Of a DNA stretch of 64,000 bases, positions 42,004-51,149 are shown piece after piece. Source of the stretch: Giardia intestinalis (taxonomy: Eukaryota); NCBI GenBank assembly GCA_000002435.2, contig CM018791.1; one strand, written 5' to 3'. The first letter of the stretch is position 1. Every line of letters begins with the position of its first letter. Under the pieces are notes generated by a model, which saw nothing but the letters and a program-made list of their open reading frames with translations, was not told the origin of the DNA and did no database searches. The position numbers and the translations under genes were made by a program.

Positions 42004-42903
42004 ATGAAAAATTCTCGAGAAGCTGTCTTCATGGAGGCAGAGCCGAACTTACAGCATCTGGTTCTGGAGTTGGTTGAACCGCACAGAGAGACAGAGCCGG
42101 TAGAAGTCTTAGTTACAAGTGTCGATTTGCGCCTCCTCGGTCCAATTATTTCTAGGCTCAAGACCTGCAGCATGTGTCAGCTCCCCTTCAGCTGCGGCAG
42201 AGTGTGTAAGAGGAGGTTGGCGCCAGGTGAGCAAGTGGCTGAGTTATGCATCTGTGCAGGCCAAGGGCTCGTAGATACGGTTCTAAAGGAAATGACGTCT
42301 GAAGCCAATTCAGTGGGATCTTCAAGAGTCACAGATGTCACGACGATCCTCCGTGAGGTACAGGCTGTGCATAGCATTCAGCTCTCATTGTTTAAGAGGA
42401 CGCTAGGGGATACGTGGCCCATAACGCGATACCCGAAGAGGACTACTATTGAGGACGTTGTTTCTTCAGGTGAGAAAGAGTATCTTGAGCGATGCATAGC
42501 CCTGTTGACCAGCCACTCGACTGTGGTTGTGGCCTCGCCCAGCACGTCTTTCATCGCAGTCATAAAAGGGGACACTCCAACAGAATGTGCTGAAAGTATC
42601 CAGCCCCAAGGAAAGATATCAGACATGCTCCGCCATCCCGTATATACTGCCATTGAACAGGCTATGAAGCAGGCGGCTGAGGACGATAAGGCATACTTGC
42701 TAACAGGTTACGATGTCTTTGCACTGGAGGAGCCGTGCATCTTTTGCAGCATGTGTCTTCTGCATGCCCGCGTCAAACGTGTCTTTTACTCTGCATTCAT
42801 GGGGCACAATGGTGGGCTAAATGAAAGCCTAATGGTTCCGTCTTTACCAGGAGTCAACCATAGATTTCCTGTCATTAAGTTCAGATGGTCTGAAGTCTGC
42901 TGA
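42004..42903 (+). CDS. tRNA adenosine deaminase non-catalytic subunit, Tad3/ADAT3-like (CDA fold with HPV in place of HAE)
   Basis: ATG at 42004. C-terminal deaminase motif: HPVYTAIEQA ... EEPCIFCSMCLLHARVKRVFYS (PCxxC zinc ligands; the catalytic Glu is replaced by Val, as in Tad3). Confidence 0.55.
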   Translation: MKNSREAVFMEAEPNLQHLVLELVEPHRETEPVEVLVTSVDLRLLGPIISRLKTCSMCQLPFSCGRVCKRRLAPGEQVAELCICAGQGLVDTVLKEMTSEANSVGSSRVTDVTTILREVQAVHSIQLSLFKRTLGDTWPITRYPKRTTIEDVVSSGEKEYLERCIALLTSHSTVVVASPSTSFIAVIKGDTPTECAESIQPQGKISDMLRHPVYTAIEQAMKQAAEDDKAYLLTGYDVFALEEPCIFCSMCLLHARVKRVFYSAFMGHNGGLNESLMVPSLPGVNHRFPVIKFRWSEVC

Positions 42904-42972
42904 GCATCGACAAGTGCTGCTGAGCGCCTAGAGCTTAACACCTAAGAATAACTAAAGAATAACATTAATAAA

Positions 42973-43770
42973 ATGGGTGGACATGTAGTCGATGTTTATC
43001 GCTTTAACCTTTCGCAAGTATGTAGAGAGATCACTAGCCTAATTGGACGCTACCCGATCGTGGCCATTGACACCGAATTCCCGGGCTACTTCGAAGACCT
43101 CAATCAACTTGTTCAATTGAGTAATGCCTCTGTTTCGTCCGATATCCTTGCCTCTCCAACCAACTATCAGAAGCTCAAGATCAACGTAGACGCTCTCAAC
43201 CTAATACAACTCGGGATTTCTCTATCAGATTTCGAAGGAAATAGTCCATACCCCCACTCAACTTGGCAGTTTAACCTGGCCTTCGATGAAGCCACATCTA
43301 TAGTTAATAATGAGTCGCTAGAACTTCTACGTGGACAAGGAATTGATTTTTCCAAGCTTCGGCGAGACGGCATCCATCCATTAATGCTATCATATGAGCT
43401 CCAGGTAAGTGGCCTTCTTTACAATAGAAATTTGATTTATCTCTGCTTTCACGGCTTTTATGATTTCGGCTATTTAGTGAAGGCCGTCACAATGCACGAT
43501 CTTCCCGACTCTAACAGAGAATTCAACACCCTTCTCAAGGTCCTGTTTCCGGGGAGATTATATGATCTCAAGCAGTGTTGCTCGTGGATCGGTTCCTTGG
43601 AGAGCCTGGCCGACATGCAGGGTGTCCAGTACCTCGGTGTTCAGCACCAAGCAGGAAGCGACGCCTGGGTAACATCTTCGATCTTCCGGTCGATGATTCG
43701 CACCACTGGGCTTCCGCCGCATTGTATGAACAGATGCATTTATGGACTTACGCAGATTGATGAGGACTGA
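42973..43770 (+). CDS. CAF1: CAF1/POP2 family deadenylase (CCR4-NOT subunit)
   Basis: ATG at 42973. VAIDTEFPGY, NLIQLGISL, WQFNLAFD, LCFHGFYDFGYLVK, and the DEDD-type residues of CAF1 ribonucleases. Confidence 0.9.
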   Translation: MGGHVVDVYRFNLSQVCREITSLIGRYPIVAIDTEFPGYFEDLNQLVQLSNASVSSDILASPTNYQKLKINVDALNLIQLGISLSDFEGNSPYPHSTWQFNLAFDEATSIVNNESLELLRGQGIDFSKLRRDGIHPLMLSYELQVSGLLYNRNLIYLCFHGFYDFGYLVKAVTMHDLPDSNREFNTLLKVLFPGRLYDLKQCCSWIGSLESLADMQGVQYLGVQHQAGSDAWVTSSIFRSMIRTTGLPPHCMNRCIYGLTQIDED

Positions 43771-44103
43771 TTACCCGTGATTGATCACCCGGTGGATTGA
43801 GAGGCTCTGATGCTTATCACTTATCACTTATTACTTGCTTCTATAACCATATTCATGGGAAAAATATTGCACGGAGTAGCTAAGCAACGCGCCCTTGTTC
43901 TCAAAAGTCTATTAGCAACTAGAGTAGCGGATAGAAGATCGAGGCGTGACTGCTCTTCTCATCAGGAAGTATCTGTTTTACAATTGTAGATAGCTGTAGG
44001 CTGAGGCTTTAAGGAAATTGTTAGCAATCGCATTAAAGTAAATTATATTCTAAGATCTTAAAACTTAAGAGTCTCCATAGAGAGTTGACTTTCCGATCTA
44101 TCG

Positions 44104-46356
44104 ATGGTGCTTCTTGACGGGGAATTTATCGTCTTTCAACCGTTCTTAGCTGCTACATCCATACCATCTTACACAGAAGGAAATCTATGGCTTGATCCTT
44201 CCGAATACGCAACTGCCACAACCAACTTGCCTCCTTCAAACGGGCACCTTCTGGTTGCAGGACAGCTGTATCTGAATATTGTGCTGACGAACTACCGCAT
44301 GTTGCTCTTTAGAGCAATTAGTCCAACGGAATTTACTCCCTTTGCAAGTATACCCCATTTTATGGTCGTTTCTATTTCTAAGATTGGAGGAAAGAAGTCA
44401 CGCGACGCCTATGGTGTGCTAATTAGCCTCATTACACCTCTACAGTTTGCCGTCTTTTTGCCTCGACATAACAAACAGCGCACTATCTTTATCGGTACGC
44501 TACTAAAGTACGCATCACCCAGGCTCACTCTGACACACCTGTTTCCTTGCTTTTCTCTTTTCACGTCTCCTAAGGCAGAGAAAGGCTGGTTTATATACGA
44601 TCCATTTGCAGAGTACTGTAGGCAAGGCGTGGGGACGCCGCGTTTAGATCTAGAGAAATTCATGAAGCCCTTTGATCTATCGGTGGTCAAGCGGCCACTA
44701 GGGACGCTTGGAATCAAGGCCTCAGATGTCAAAGACGGCATGTACCGCATTGTGACCGGAAACCCAAAGCTCATGGTGTGTATTCACGAGTATGAAGAAA
44801 TGAGAAAGGAAAAGGAGCGGGCGCTCCCTTGTAATCCTGGACACGTTCCCTTTTGGTCGCTCACCGACGCAAACTTTGATTACTCAGTTTGTAACACTTA
44901 TCCTTTCTTACTAGCAGTTCCTAGTCGTTACTCAGGAGAGAACAATCTTGACGCACTTCAGCTCGTTGCTGGGAATCGTTCTCATAGGAGACTCCCAGTG
45001 TTGGCGTGGAAGGACAAGGATGACCGCTACGGGGTCATTCTGCGTTCCTCTCAACCCTATAACCCAACAAAGAAAAGCGATAGCAAATTTGTGGCTGATA
45101 GAGCATACCTGCAACACATATGGCAACACTACGGCGCCCTGCATAAGAAGGAGAAGCTCTTAGTGATTGATGCTCGGACAAGAGCTAACATGCAGATGAA
45201 CCAGTTTGTTGGTAGGGGAACGGAGGGGTATCCCTTTGTGCATGTGGAGTTTCTTGATATACCAGGATGTCAATACATTCAACAGAGGCATATTGCAGAC
45301 TGTGCATTGTTTGCCTCCACACAAGATAATTTTCAATATCATCGCTTGGGGCGCGTCGGTGGCATTACTGAGGTACTCGGAGTTGATCCGCGTAACTACA
45401 TATTGCAGGACACAGAGTGGATGAAGGTAGATGAAGTACAGACGACAAGGAGTCAGCAAGATTTCGTGGCAGATAATCAGCCACCTGCTGAACTTGTTAG
45501 TAGGGATAGAATCAGGGAGGATGGCGTTGATCATGAAAGCTCCGAATGTGATATCTCAGGGGTAGAGCAGCTATCTCCAAGTATAGACTTTAACACGATT
45601 GCAGTACCGCAATATGTCGGTAATGAAAATGTTGACCATAGCTGTCAGGCGGGCTCCTCCGTTGTTATGATTAGGACAAAATGGACTAGCACACGTCAGC
45701 TTGAAGAAGTACACAGACTTGTCATTGCAGGAGCCGTTTCTATATGCGAAAACATCATTCGAGGAACTGTGGTTCTTGTTCACTGTTCGGATGGCTGGGA
45801 CAGGACCGCCCAGTTAGTCGCTCTTGCGATGCTTATGCTTGACCCCTATTATCGATCTATGAATGGCTTCTTTGTCTTAATAGAAAAGGAGTGGTGCTCG
45901 TTTGGACACAGGTTTTCTTCACGGTGCGGAATTCTACAAGTTAGCAATCAGGACCAGGAATCTCTTGAAGACGCTGATAGAGGAGACCTCTCATCGAGTC
46001 TATGCAGCCCTGTCTTCCTCCAATTTCTGGAGCTCGTCTACTACCTTTTGAGCGCATATCCGTCAGAGTTTGAGTTCACCGAAGAGGTTCTCAAGTACCT
46101 TGCCTATCACACCTATAGTGCTCGATTTGGGACCTTTATCGGCGACTGTGAGCTAGATAGGCTCTTGTGCCAGCTTCCTATACGGACCGCCAGCATATGG
46201 GATCATCTGTTGGCATGTAAAGATCACTATACAAACAAAGGGTACTCGCCAGAGTCTATTCTGAAGAAAAATGGATGGGTGTATCTCAAGCTCAATTGCA
46301 ACAGACAGCTTCCTGCTTGGCCAGGCTATTGGGAGCAGCACATACCTAAGCCTTAA
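44104..46356 (+). CDS. myotubularin-family phosphoinositide 3-phosphatase
   Basis: ATG at 44104. Active-site CX5R loop VLVHCSDGWDRTAQLVALAMLMLDPYYRS, identical in pattern to myotubularin VHCSDGWDRT. Confidence 0.9.
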   Translation: MVLLDGEFIVFQPFLAATSIPSYTEGNLWLDPSEYATATTNLPPSNGHLLVAGQLYLNIVLTNYRMLLFRAISPTEFTPFASIPHFMVVSISKIGGKKSRDAYGVLISLITPLQFAVFLPRHNKQRTIFIGTLLKYASPRLTLTHLFPCFSLFTSPKAEKGWFIYDPFAEYCRQGVGTPRLDLEKFMKPFDLSVVKRPLGTLGIKASDVKDGMYRIVTGNPKLMVCIHEYEEMRKEKERALPCNPGHVPFWSLTDANFDYSVCNTYPFLLAVPSRYSGENNLDALQLVAGNRSHRRLPVLAWKDKDDRYGVILRSSQPYNPTKKSDSKFVADRAYLQHIWQHYGALHKKEKLLVIDARTRANMQMNQFVGRGTEGYPFVHVEFLDIPGCQYIQQRHIADCALFASTQDNFQYHRLGRVGGITEVLGVDPRNYILQDTEWMKVDEVQTTRSQQDFVADNQPPAELVSRDRIREDGVDHESSECDISGVEQLSPSIDFNTIAVPQYVGNENVDHSCQAGSSVVMIRTKWTSTRQLEEVHRLVIAGAVSICENIIRGTVVLVHCSDGWDRTAQLVALAMLMLDPYYRSMNGFFVLIEKEWCSFGHRFSSRCGILQVSNQDQESLEDADRGDLSSSLCSPVFLQFLELVYYLLSAYPSEFEFTEEVLKYLAYHTYSARFGTFIGDCELDRLLCQLPIRTASIWDHLLACKDHYTNKGYSPESILKKNGWVYLKLNCNRQLPAWPGYWEQHIPKP

Positions 46357-46569
46357 CTATTTGAAAACACAAGTATGACACTTCGCAAATATGAGCACAG
46401 CCCTTGTTTGATAGTTGAATGAAGGTCTTTATCTTTTGATTTTGTAGTTTTAGGACTTTAAGATTACAGCAAACGCTTCTACCACAGACGAAATGATAAA
46501 AGATAATTATAAGTCTAATATCTTAATGATTTTGTCAAGATTTAGGGATGTATCCCTGCCATTTCATCT

Positions 46570-47991
46570 ATGTCCAGTGCAGAGTTTAGTGTCACGAGTA
46601 CCACTTCAGGCAGCGCCTTTCAGTACTCGGCAGTCGTCCCTACCATCATTGTCTCTAGATTCGATTACAATAACTGCTGGGCCGAAATAGACATCCTGCA
46701 AAGCGTTTATGAAGATGATGGCGCCATGGACATTAATGTCAAGCCGCTGTATTGTGATATTCCAGCAGAAGCCAAGCTCTATGCCATTTTCCGTATCTCC
46801 GAAGTCGAAACAGCCACATTTCCATTGGAGCCTCAGAGCACGAGGGCAGGTGGATATGCTCCTCTAGCCTCAGAATACATACACACCAAGGCACAAACTT
46901 TTAAGATAAATTGCAGCACCATCTCTTCGTCCCCTGCGTCTAAGCAGAAAATGACAACTGCTGAATGCACTCGGATCTTCCGCACCTTTATTAGCTATCC
47001 CTATCACCTGGCACGCCTGGGCGCCTCCTTCAGCTTCACCAATTCAAGCTCCACGGGCGGTGTTGTGGTGATGCAACCCTCCACAAATCTGCGCGACAAC
47101 TCAACAGCTCTTTGTTTCAGCACCGCATCTGTGCGGCTTTACAGAGACAAGATCTGCATGGAACTTAGAGCGCCCACCGCGGAGTCCTCAGCGTGCACGT
47201 TGGCTGGAGACGTAAAAAGCACCTACTTTTACTTTAGCTTATCAAACAATGTTGATCCGTTCTACGCTAGCGTGAAGTGCTACTATACACGACTGGATCC
47301 TGATTTCACGTTTAACACATCCGTTAGGAGCCGGTACTGGTATACTTGTAAAGATAAGACGTGCAAGGATACGTTCGCGTCCATAATCGACCACCGCAAC
47401 ACCTCTGTCGCCAAGTACGGCGTCTACATGACAAACTTGGCTGGTCAGGAAGTGAAGCGCTTGCTCTTCACCGCTCATCCCCCCAATGTTACTTGCTTTG
47501 CCGACATGTATGCCGAGGTGATGGATGACACCCTCTGCATACATGCTACCTTGCCGCCGAACGAAGACTATTGCAATATCCTGGAACTCCCATCCACCAC
47601 AACGTTCAGAGTCAAGCTCTGGTACACTGCCGGTTCCGGAATAGAGTCTGCCAGTGTCAGTTTAGCCGGTGAATTCAAATATACCGGTGTCTTCGCAAAC
47701 TTACTATGCTTTACATGCTCCAACAATTGGGTTCCAAACGACAAGTATTTCAATGGCAAGTACTGCAGCTCGCAGCTCTCCTTTATCAAGTCACAATATA
47801 AGAAGCTGCACTCCTACATCACCGTCGAGATAGACGATATTGTAGAGGTCCCCGACAATGTCTATTTTCTTGATAACAGGGGCCTTCTCATAACTTCTTT
47901 GGTTTTGGCGTTGATTAGTGTAATTGTAACCGTAACAATTGTTACGTTGGAGTTCTTGCAGATTTGTAAAAAGAAGGGGCGCGGAAAATGA
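46570..47991 (+). CDS. cysteine-containing membrane protein with single C-terminal TM and basic tail, hypothetical
   Basis: ATG at 46570. About 18 Cys, including YTCKDKTCKD and LLCFTCSNNW. C-terminal TM LLITSLVLALISVIVTVTIVTL is followed by EFLQICKKKGRGK*. Convergent with the VSP. Confidence 0.5.
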   Translation: MSSAEFSVTSTTSGSAFQYSAVVPTIIVSRFDYNNCWAEIDILQSVYEDDGAMDINVKPLYCDIPAEAKLYAIFRISEVETATFPLEPQSTRAGGYAPLASEYIHTKAQTFKINCSTISSSPASKQKMTTAECTRIFRTFISYPYHLARLGASFSFTNSSSTGGVVVMQPSTNLRDNSTALCFSTASVRLYRDKICMELRAPTAESSACTLAGDVKSTYFYFSLSNNVDPFYASVKCYYTRLDPDFTFNTSVRSRYWYTCKDKTCKDTFASIIDHRNTSVAKYGVYMTNLAGQEVKRLLFTAHPPNVTCFADMYAEVMDDTLCIHATLPPNEDYCNILELPSTTTFRVKLWYTAGSGIESASVSLAGEFKYTGVFANLLCFTCSNNWVPNDKYFNGKYCSSQLSFIKSQYKKLHSYITVEIDDIVEVPDNVYFLDNRGLLITSLVLALISVIVTVTIVTLEFLQICKKKGRGK

Positions 47992-48566
47992 TCTCTGTCT
48001 TGTGAGTGGCAATTCCATTAAGAAAGCTTACCCTTTACTTGTGGTTGACCCCGGAAGCTCCGCGCTATCACAGTAGTGGTCAATATATAATTGTAGACAC
48101 TCACTGCTCCATGATGGAGAGCACTGTATCGGTAGGGTTGCCGGTTCTTGCACAATCGGCAACCACATCTTTGAGGCACCGATCCCAGCAGTCCATAACG
48201 ATGACGATGGAGTGGGCGTCTCTGAGCACCTGGTAGTGCCTAATGACGCCTGGGTGTGAGCGTCTGGAAATGGTGACCAGCGCGACCCAGTGGCCTCCGT
48301 GGGCTTCCCACTCTGAGCTTTGGATAGCTACCTATCACATGGACAGTACCAAAGCTGCCCACATCAAGCACCCCTCCTCGCATCGATGCAGCTCGTCGGC
48401 GGGCACAGGATATCGAGTGCACCGTCCCCGGCCATGACGGTATCAACGGCACTGTGCAGAGCACGCTCGGGGGCAGGGGAGCGGCCACCCCTGCTCCCGG
48501 TTGCAGGCTGGCTGGCGAAGTATACGAGGCGCACCCGCTTGTCGGCAGCTGCACCACTAGTGACGC

Positions 48567-48573
48567 GTTTACT
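48567..48573 (-). promoter_or_regulatory. putative polyadenylation signal AGTAAAC two nt after the VSP stop (TAG GT AGTAAAC)
   Basis: + strand gtttact at 48567-73 is AGTAAAC on minus, immediately 3' of the TAG stop (48584..48582). Matches the Giardia AGTRAAY consensus. Confidence 0.5.
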
Positions 48574-48581
48574 ACCTAAGT

Positions 48582-50489
48582 CTACGCCTTGCCCCTGCAG
48601 ATGAACCACCAGCAGAGGAACCCTACAAGGCCAGCCACGACAACCACCACAGCAACGGAGATCCCCGCTATGGCGCCAGTGGAGAGGCCGCTCTTGTTCG
48701 TGCTTCCGCCATTGTTATCGTTATCGCCGTTGTTAGTGCCGTCTGTCTTAACATAGCAGGTAACAGGAGTCGGCGCATTAGGAGACGAAGGAGCTTTACA
48801 GCTCACGCAATTAGGTACGCCTTGGATGTTACCACTTGTTTCAGAACACTTTTTACACTCTTTTCCAGTGTCAAGATAGTATCCAGAATAGCACTCAGTA
48901 CACGTCTTCACACCGCTATCGCCGCTGCACTTTGAGCAGTTGGCTGGACACGGAGGACACGCGCCTGTTTGAGGATCTGCATTCTGTCCATTGGCGCAGT
49001 TTGCACACTTTCCATTGGCCCCTGCGGCTATGCACAAAGTGTTACCTGGGAATGCCCCGGTTTTATAGCATCCGCCAGATTCTAAGAAGTATGCGCCCGT
49101 GCAACTAGTGCAGACTCCTTCTCCGGCCACACACTCCGCGGCTGCGCGGGCTGTTGTAGAGACGCACATGTCGTTTATCGGAACGAACCCTGTCTTGCAC
49201 CTGCTGCAATACTTGGAGCCCCCAACGACGGCCGTGCACTGACCAGCTTCGCAGTTCTCTGCGTACCTTCCCGTGCACTCCTGGATGCATTTGCCAGTAG
49301 TCGGATCGCCATCATGCTCAAGTACAGACCCGGGGTAGCAGGCTGTACAGGAGGCTTCTGCGTTGTCACTACAGTTTGCACATGACTCGTGGCAGCGGGT
49401 GCACACCTTGCTATTGGCATATGTGCCAGCAGGACAATCGAGCATGCACTCGTCCTTCAGGGGGCTCAGATTATTATTAGTACACTCAGAGCACGTAACT
49501 ATTGGACCTGCTCTTGCAGATGTTGCTTTGAGGGAGCACTTCTTGCAGTTGGCTATGCCACCCTTATCGGCTTCACTACACAGAGCACATACCTTCCTGT
49601 TACTATTCTGTGCATCGGTCATGGGGAAGAATCCATCCTTACACTCCTCTGCACTGGCACAAGAGGCTGTCCCCGATTCTGTCTTCAGATACTTATCTGC
49701 CTGGCACTCAGTGCACGTTGCAGGGCCGGCACTCTGTGGCTTAGTGCACTTGGCACATCCAGCGACGCCCTTCCAAGCACCAGATCCCTGAGTAGCATCT
49801 CCGCACGATATGCAAGGGCCCTCGCTCCCCTCTGTTGCTAAGAAGTACGTCTCTGCCGTGCACGACTTGCACTTGCTGACTGTCCCGTCGGTGCAGGTCA
49901 GGCAGTTATCTGCACATGCTGTACATGTCTTTCCTTTACTATTATCTACAAAGTATCCGCTCTCGCATGCTGTGCACGTGGCAGCCTTGGGAGTAGTAGT
50001 ATCACTTGCTTCTGTGGGCTCCTCACACTGAGTGCAATGCAATACGCCCTTGTACTTTTTATCGTTCTTAACTGTTATTTCCTCTTCGTCTCCACATGGT
50101 ATGACCGACTGGTGAGAGGCGTCTGCGCCCGGCGGCACGAAGTACCCAGCCTTAGCCTGCGTGCACACTCCATCAGTTGCTGTTTCACACATCGTGTTGC
50201 CAGGTGCCTGGCTATCCTTGTAGCATCCGCCCTTGTACATGAAGGACTTATTAGCGCACTGTGTACATACTCCATCTTGTTTTTGGCTACATTCGTTGTT
50301 GTCTGCTGAGCACACTCCGTCCGTTGGGGCAGATTGAGACCCACCGCCGTTGCACTGGGAGCAGTACTTCTTGCCGTTGATGACGGCGCTACAGGCCTTG
50401 CAAGTGTCGGGCTGATCACCAGAGACGGTTGTGCACTCCTCTGTCGCCAGTTGGAGCGCAAGGCCGATCAGCAAAAACGCGTAGAACAT
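48582..50489 (-). CDS. VSP: variant-specific surface protein (VSP)
   Basis: Signal peptide MFYAFLLIGLALQLA. ATG at 50489..50487 verified ('cgcgtagaacat' on + strand). Dense CxxC motifs. GGCY motifs (KGGCYKD, SGGCYKT). C-terminal TM VAVVVVVAGLVGFLCWWFI plus the invariant CRGKA* tail. The track ORF start 50717 adds a spurious 76-aa extension. Confidence 0.9.
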   Translation of the reverse strand: MFYAFLLIGLALQLATEECTTVSGDQPDTCKACSAVINGKKYCSQCNGGGSQSAPTDGVCSADNNECSQKQDGVCTQCANKSFMYKGGCYKDSQAPGNTMCETATDGVCTQAKAGYFVPPGADASHQSVIPCGDEEEITVKNDKKYKGVLHCTQCEEPTEASDTTTPKAATCTACESGYFVDNSKGKTCTACADNCLTCTDGTVSKCKSCTAETYFLATEGSEGPCISCGDATQGSGAWKGVAGCAKCTKPQSAGPATCTECQADKYLKTESGTASCASAEECKDGFFPMTDAQNSNRKVCALCSEADKGGIANCKKCSLKATSARAGPIVTCSECTNNNLSPLKDECMLDCPAGTYANSKVCTRCHESCANCSDNAEASCTACYPGSVLEHDGDPTTGKCIQECTGRYAENCEAGQCTAVVGGSKYCSRCKTGFVPINDMCVSTTARAAAECVAGEGVCTSCTGAYFLESGGCYKTGAFPGNTLCIAAGANGKCANCANGQNADPQTGACPPCPANCSKCSGDSGVKTCTECYSGYYLDTGKECKKCSETSGNIQGVPNCVSCKAPSSPNAPTPVTCYVKTDGTNNGDNDNNGGSTNKSGLSTGAIAGISVAVVVVVAGLVGFLCWWFICRGKA

Positions 50490-51149
50490 TGTGGCTCGAC
50501 GCTCTGTCACACAGAGATATAGCAGCTCCGTTCGCCAGTCCACCCCTTCATGGCATCTGCCTGTGCTGCATGACGCACTGGCAGGGAAGGCCCTCCACAG
50601 GCCTGCGGAGAAGCGGAGTCGTATCGATTCCACTCTTATGACCTGCCGCTCCGAGCTTCTGTGACTGGCCGGCTGTGAGATGGATTGATCAGTATAGGTC
50701 TCCCCCTTATGCTGCAAGGCGTACCATAGTAGTGGCTACACGGCGGCCATGCTTCGCTCTTCGCTGTGATGTGAGGGCTTCCATTGGCGTCAGCGACAGG
50801 CGGAGCTGGCTCGTCCTATCCCAGTCCTGTAGTGTCACGTAATCCCTAATCCGTCGGAACTTTCGGCACCATACGGCATATGGCTGCCCAGCCACAGAAA
50901 GGGTCGTCTTAGCGGTAGGCCGTAGGTAGGATGCACAGGAGCAGGCCTACACTCGCCCCAGAATCTATGTGCTAGCTTCGGTGGCCTCGCACTCTGCACA
51001 CCAGGCCGCTCCCGTCTAAGCGCGGCCAAAGTGAAAGCTGGGTCGAGAGGGGTCTATTCGCTGACCGCTGGACCGCGCCATCCGGTGGGCCCAGTAGTAC
51101 AACACACCGTGACAAAGTGAATCCAGCCCACCGGACCATTTAAAAAACT

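Noticed and set aside
48240-50641. Multiple 60-150 aa ORFs on + strand and off-frame on - strand across the VSP gene, and the 76-aa N-terminal extension to 50717
   Set aside because: They are antisense or alternative frames of a Cys-codon-rich gene. The extension lacks a signal peptide, whereas the internal Met at 50489 begins a canonical one.
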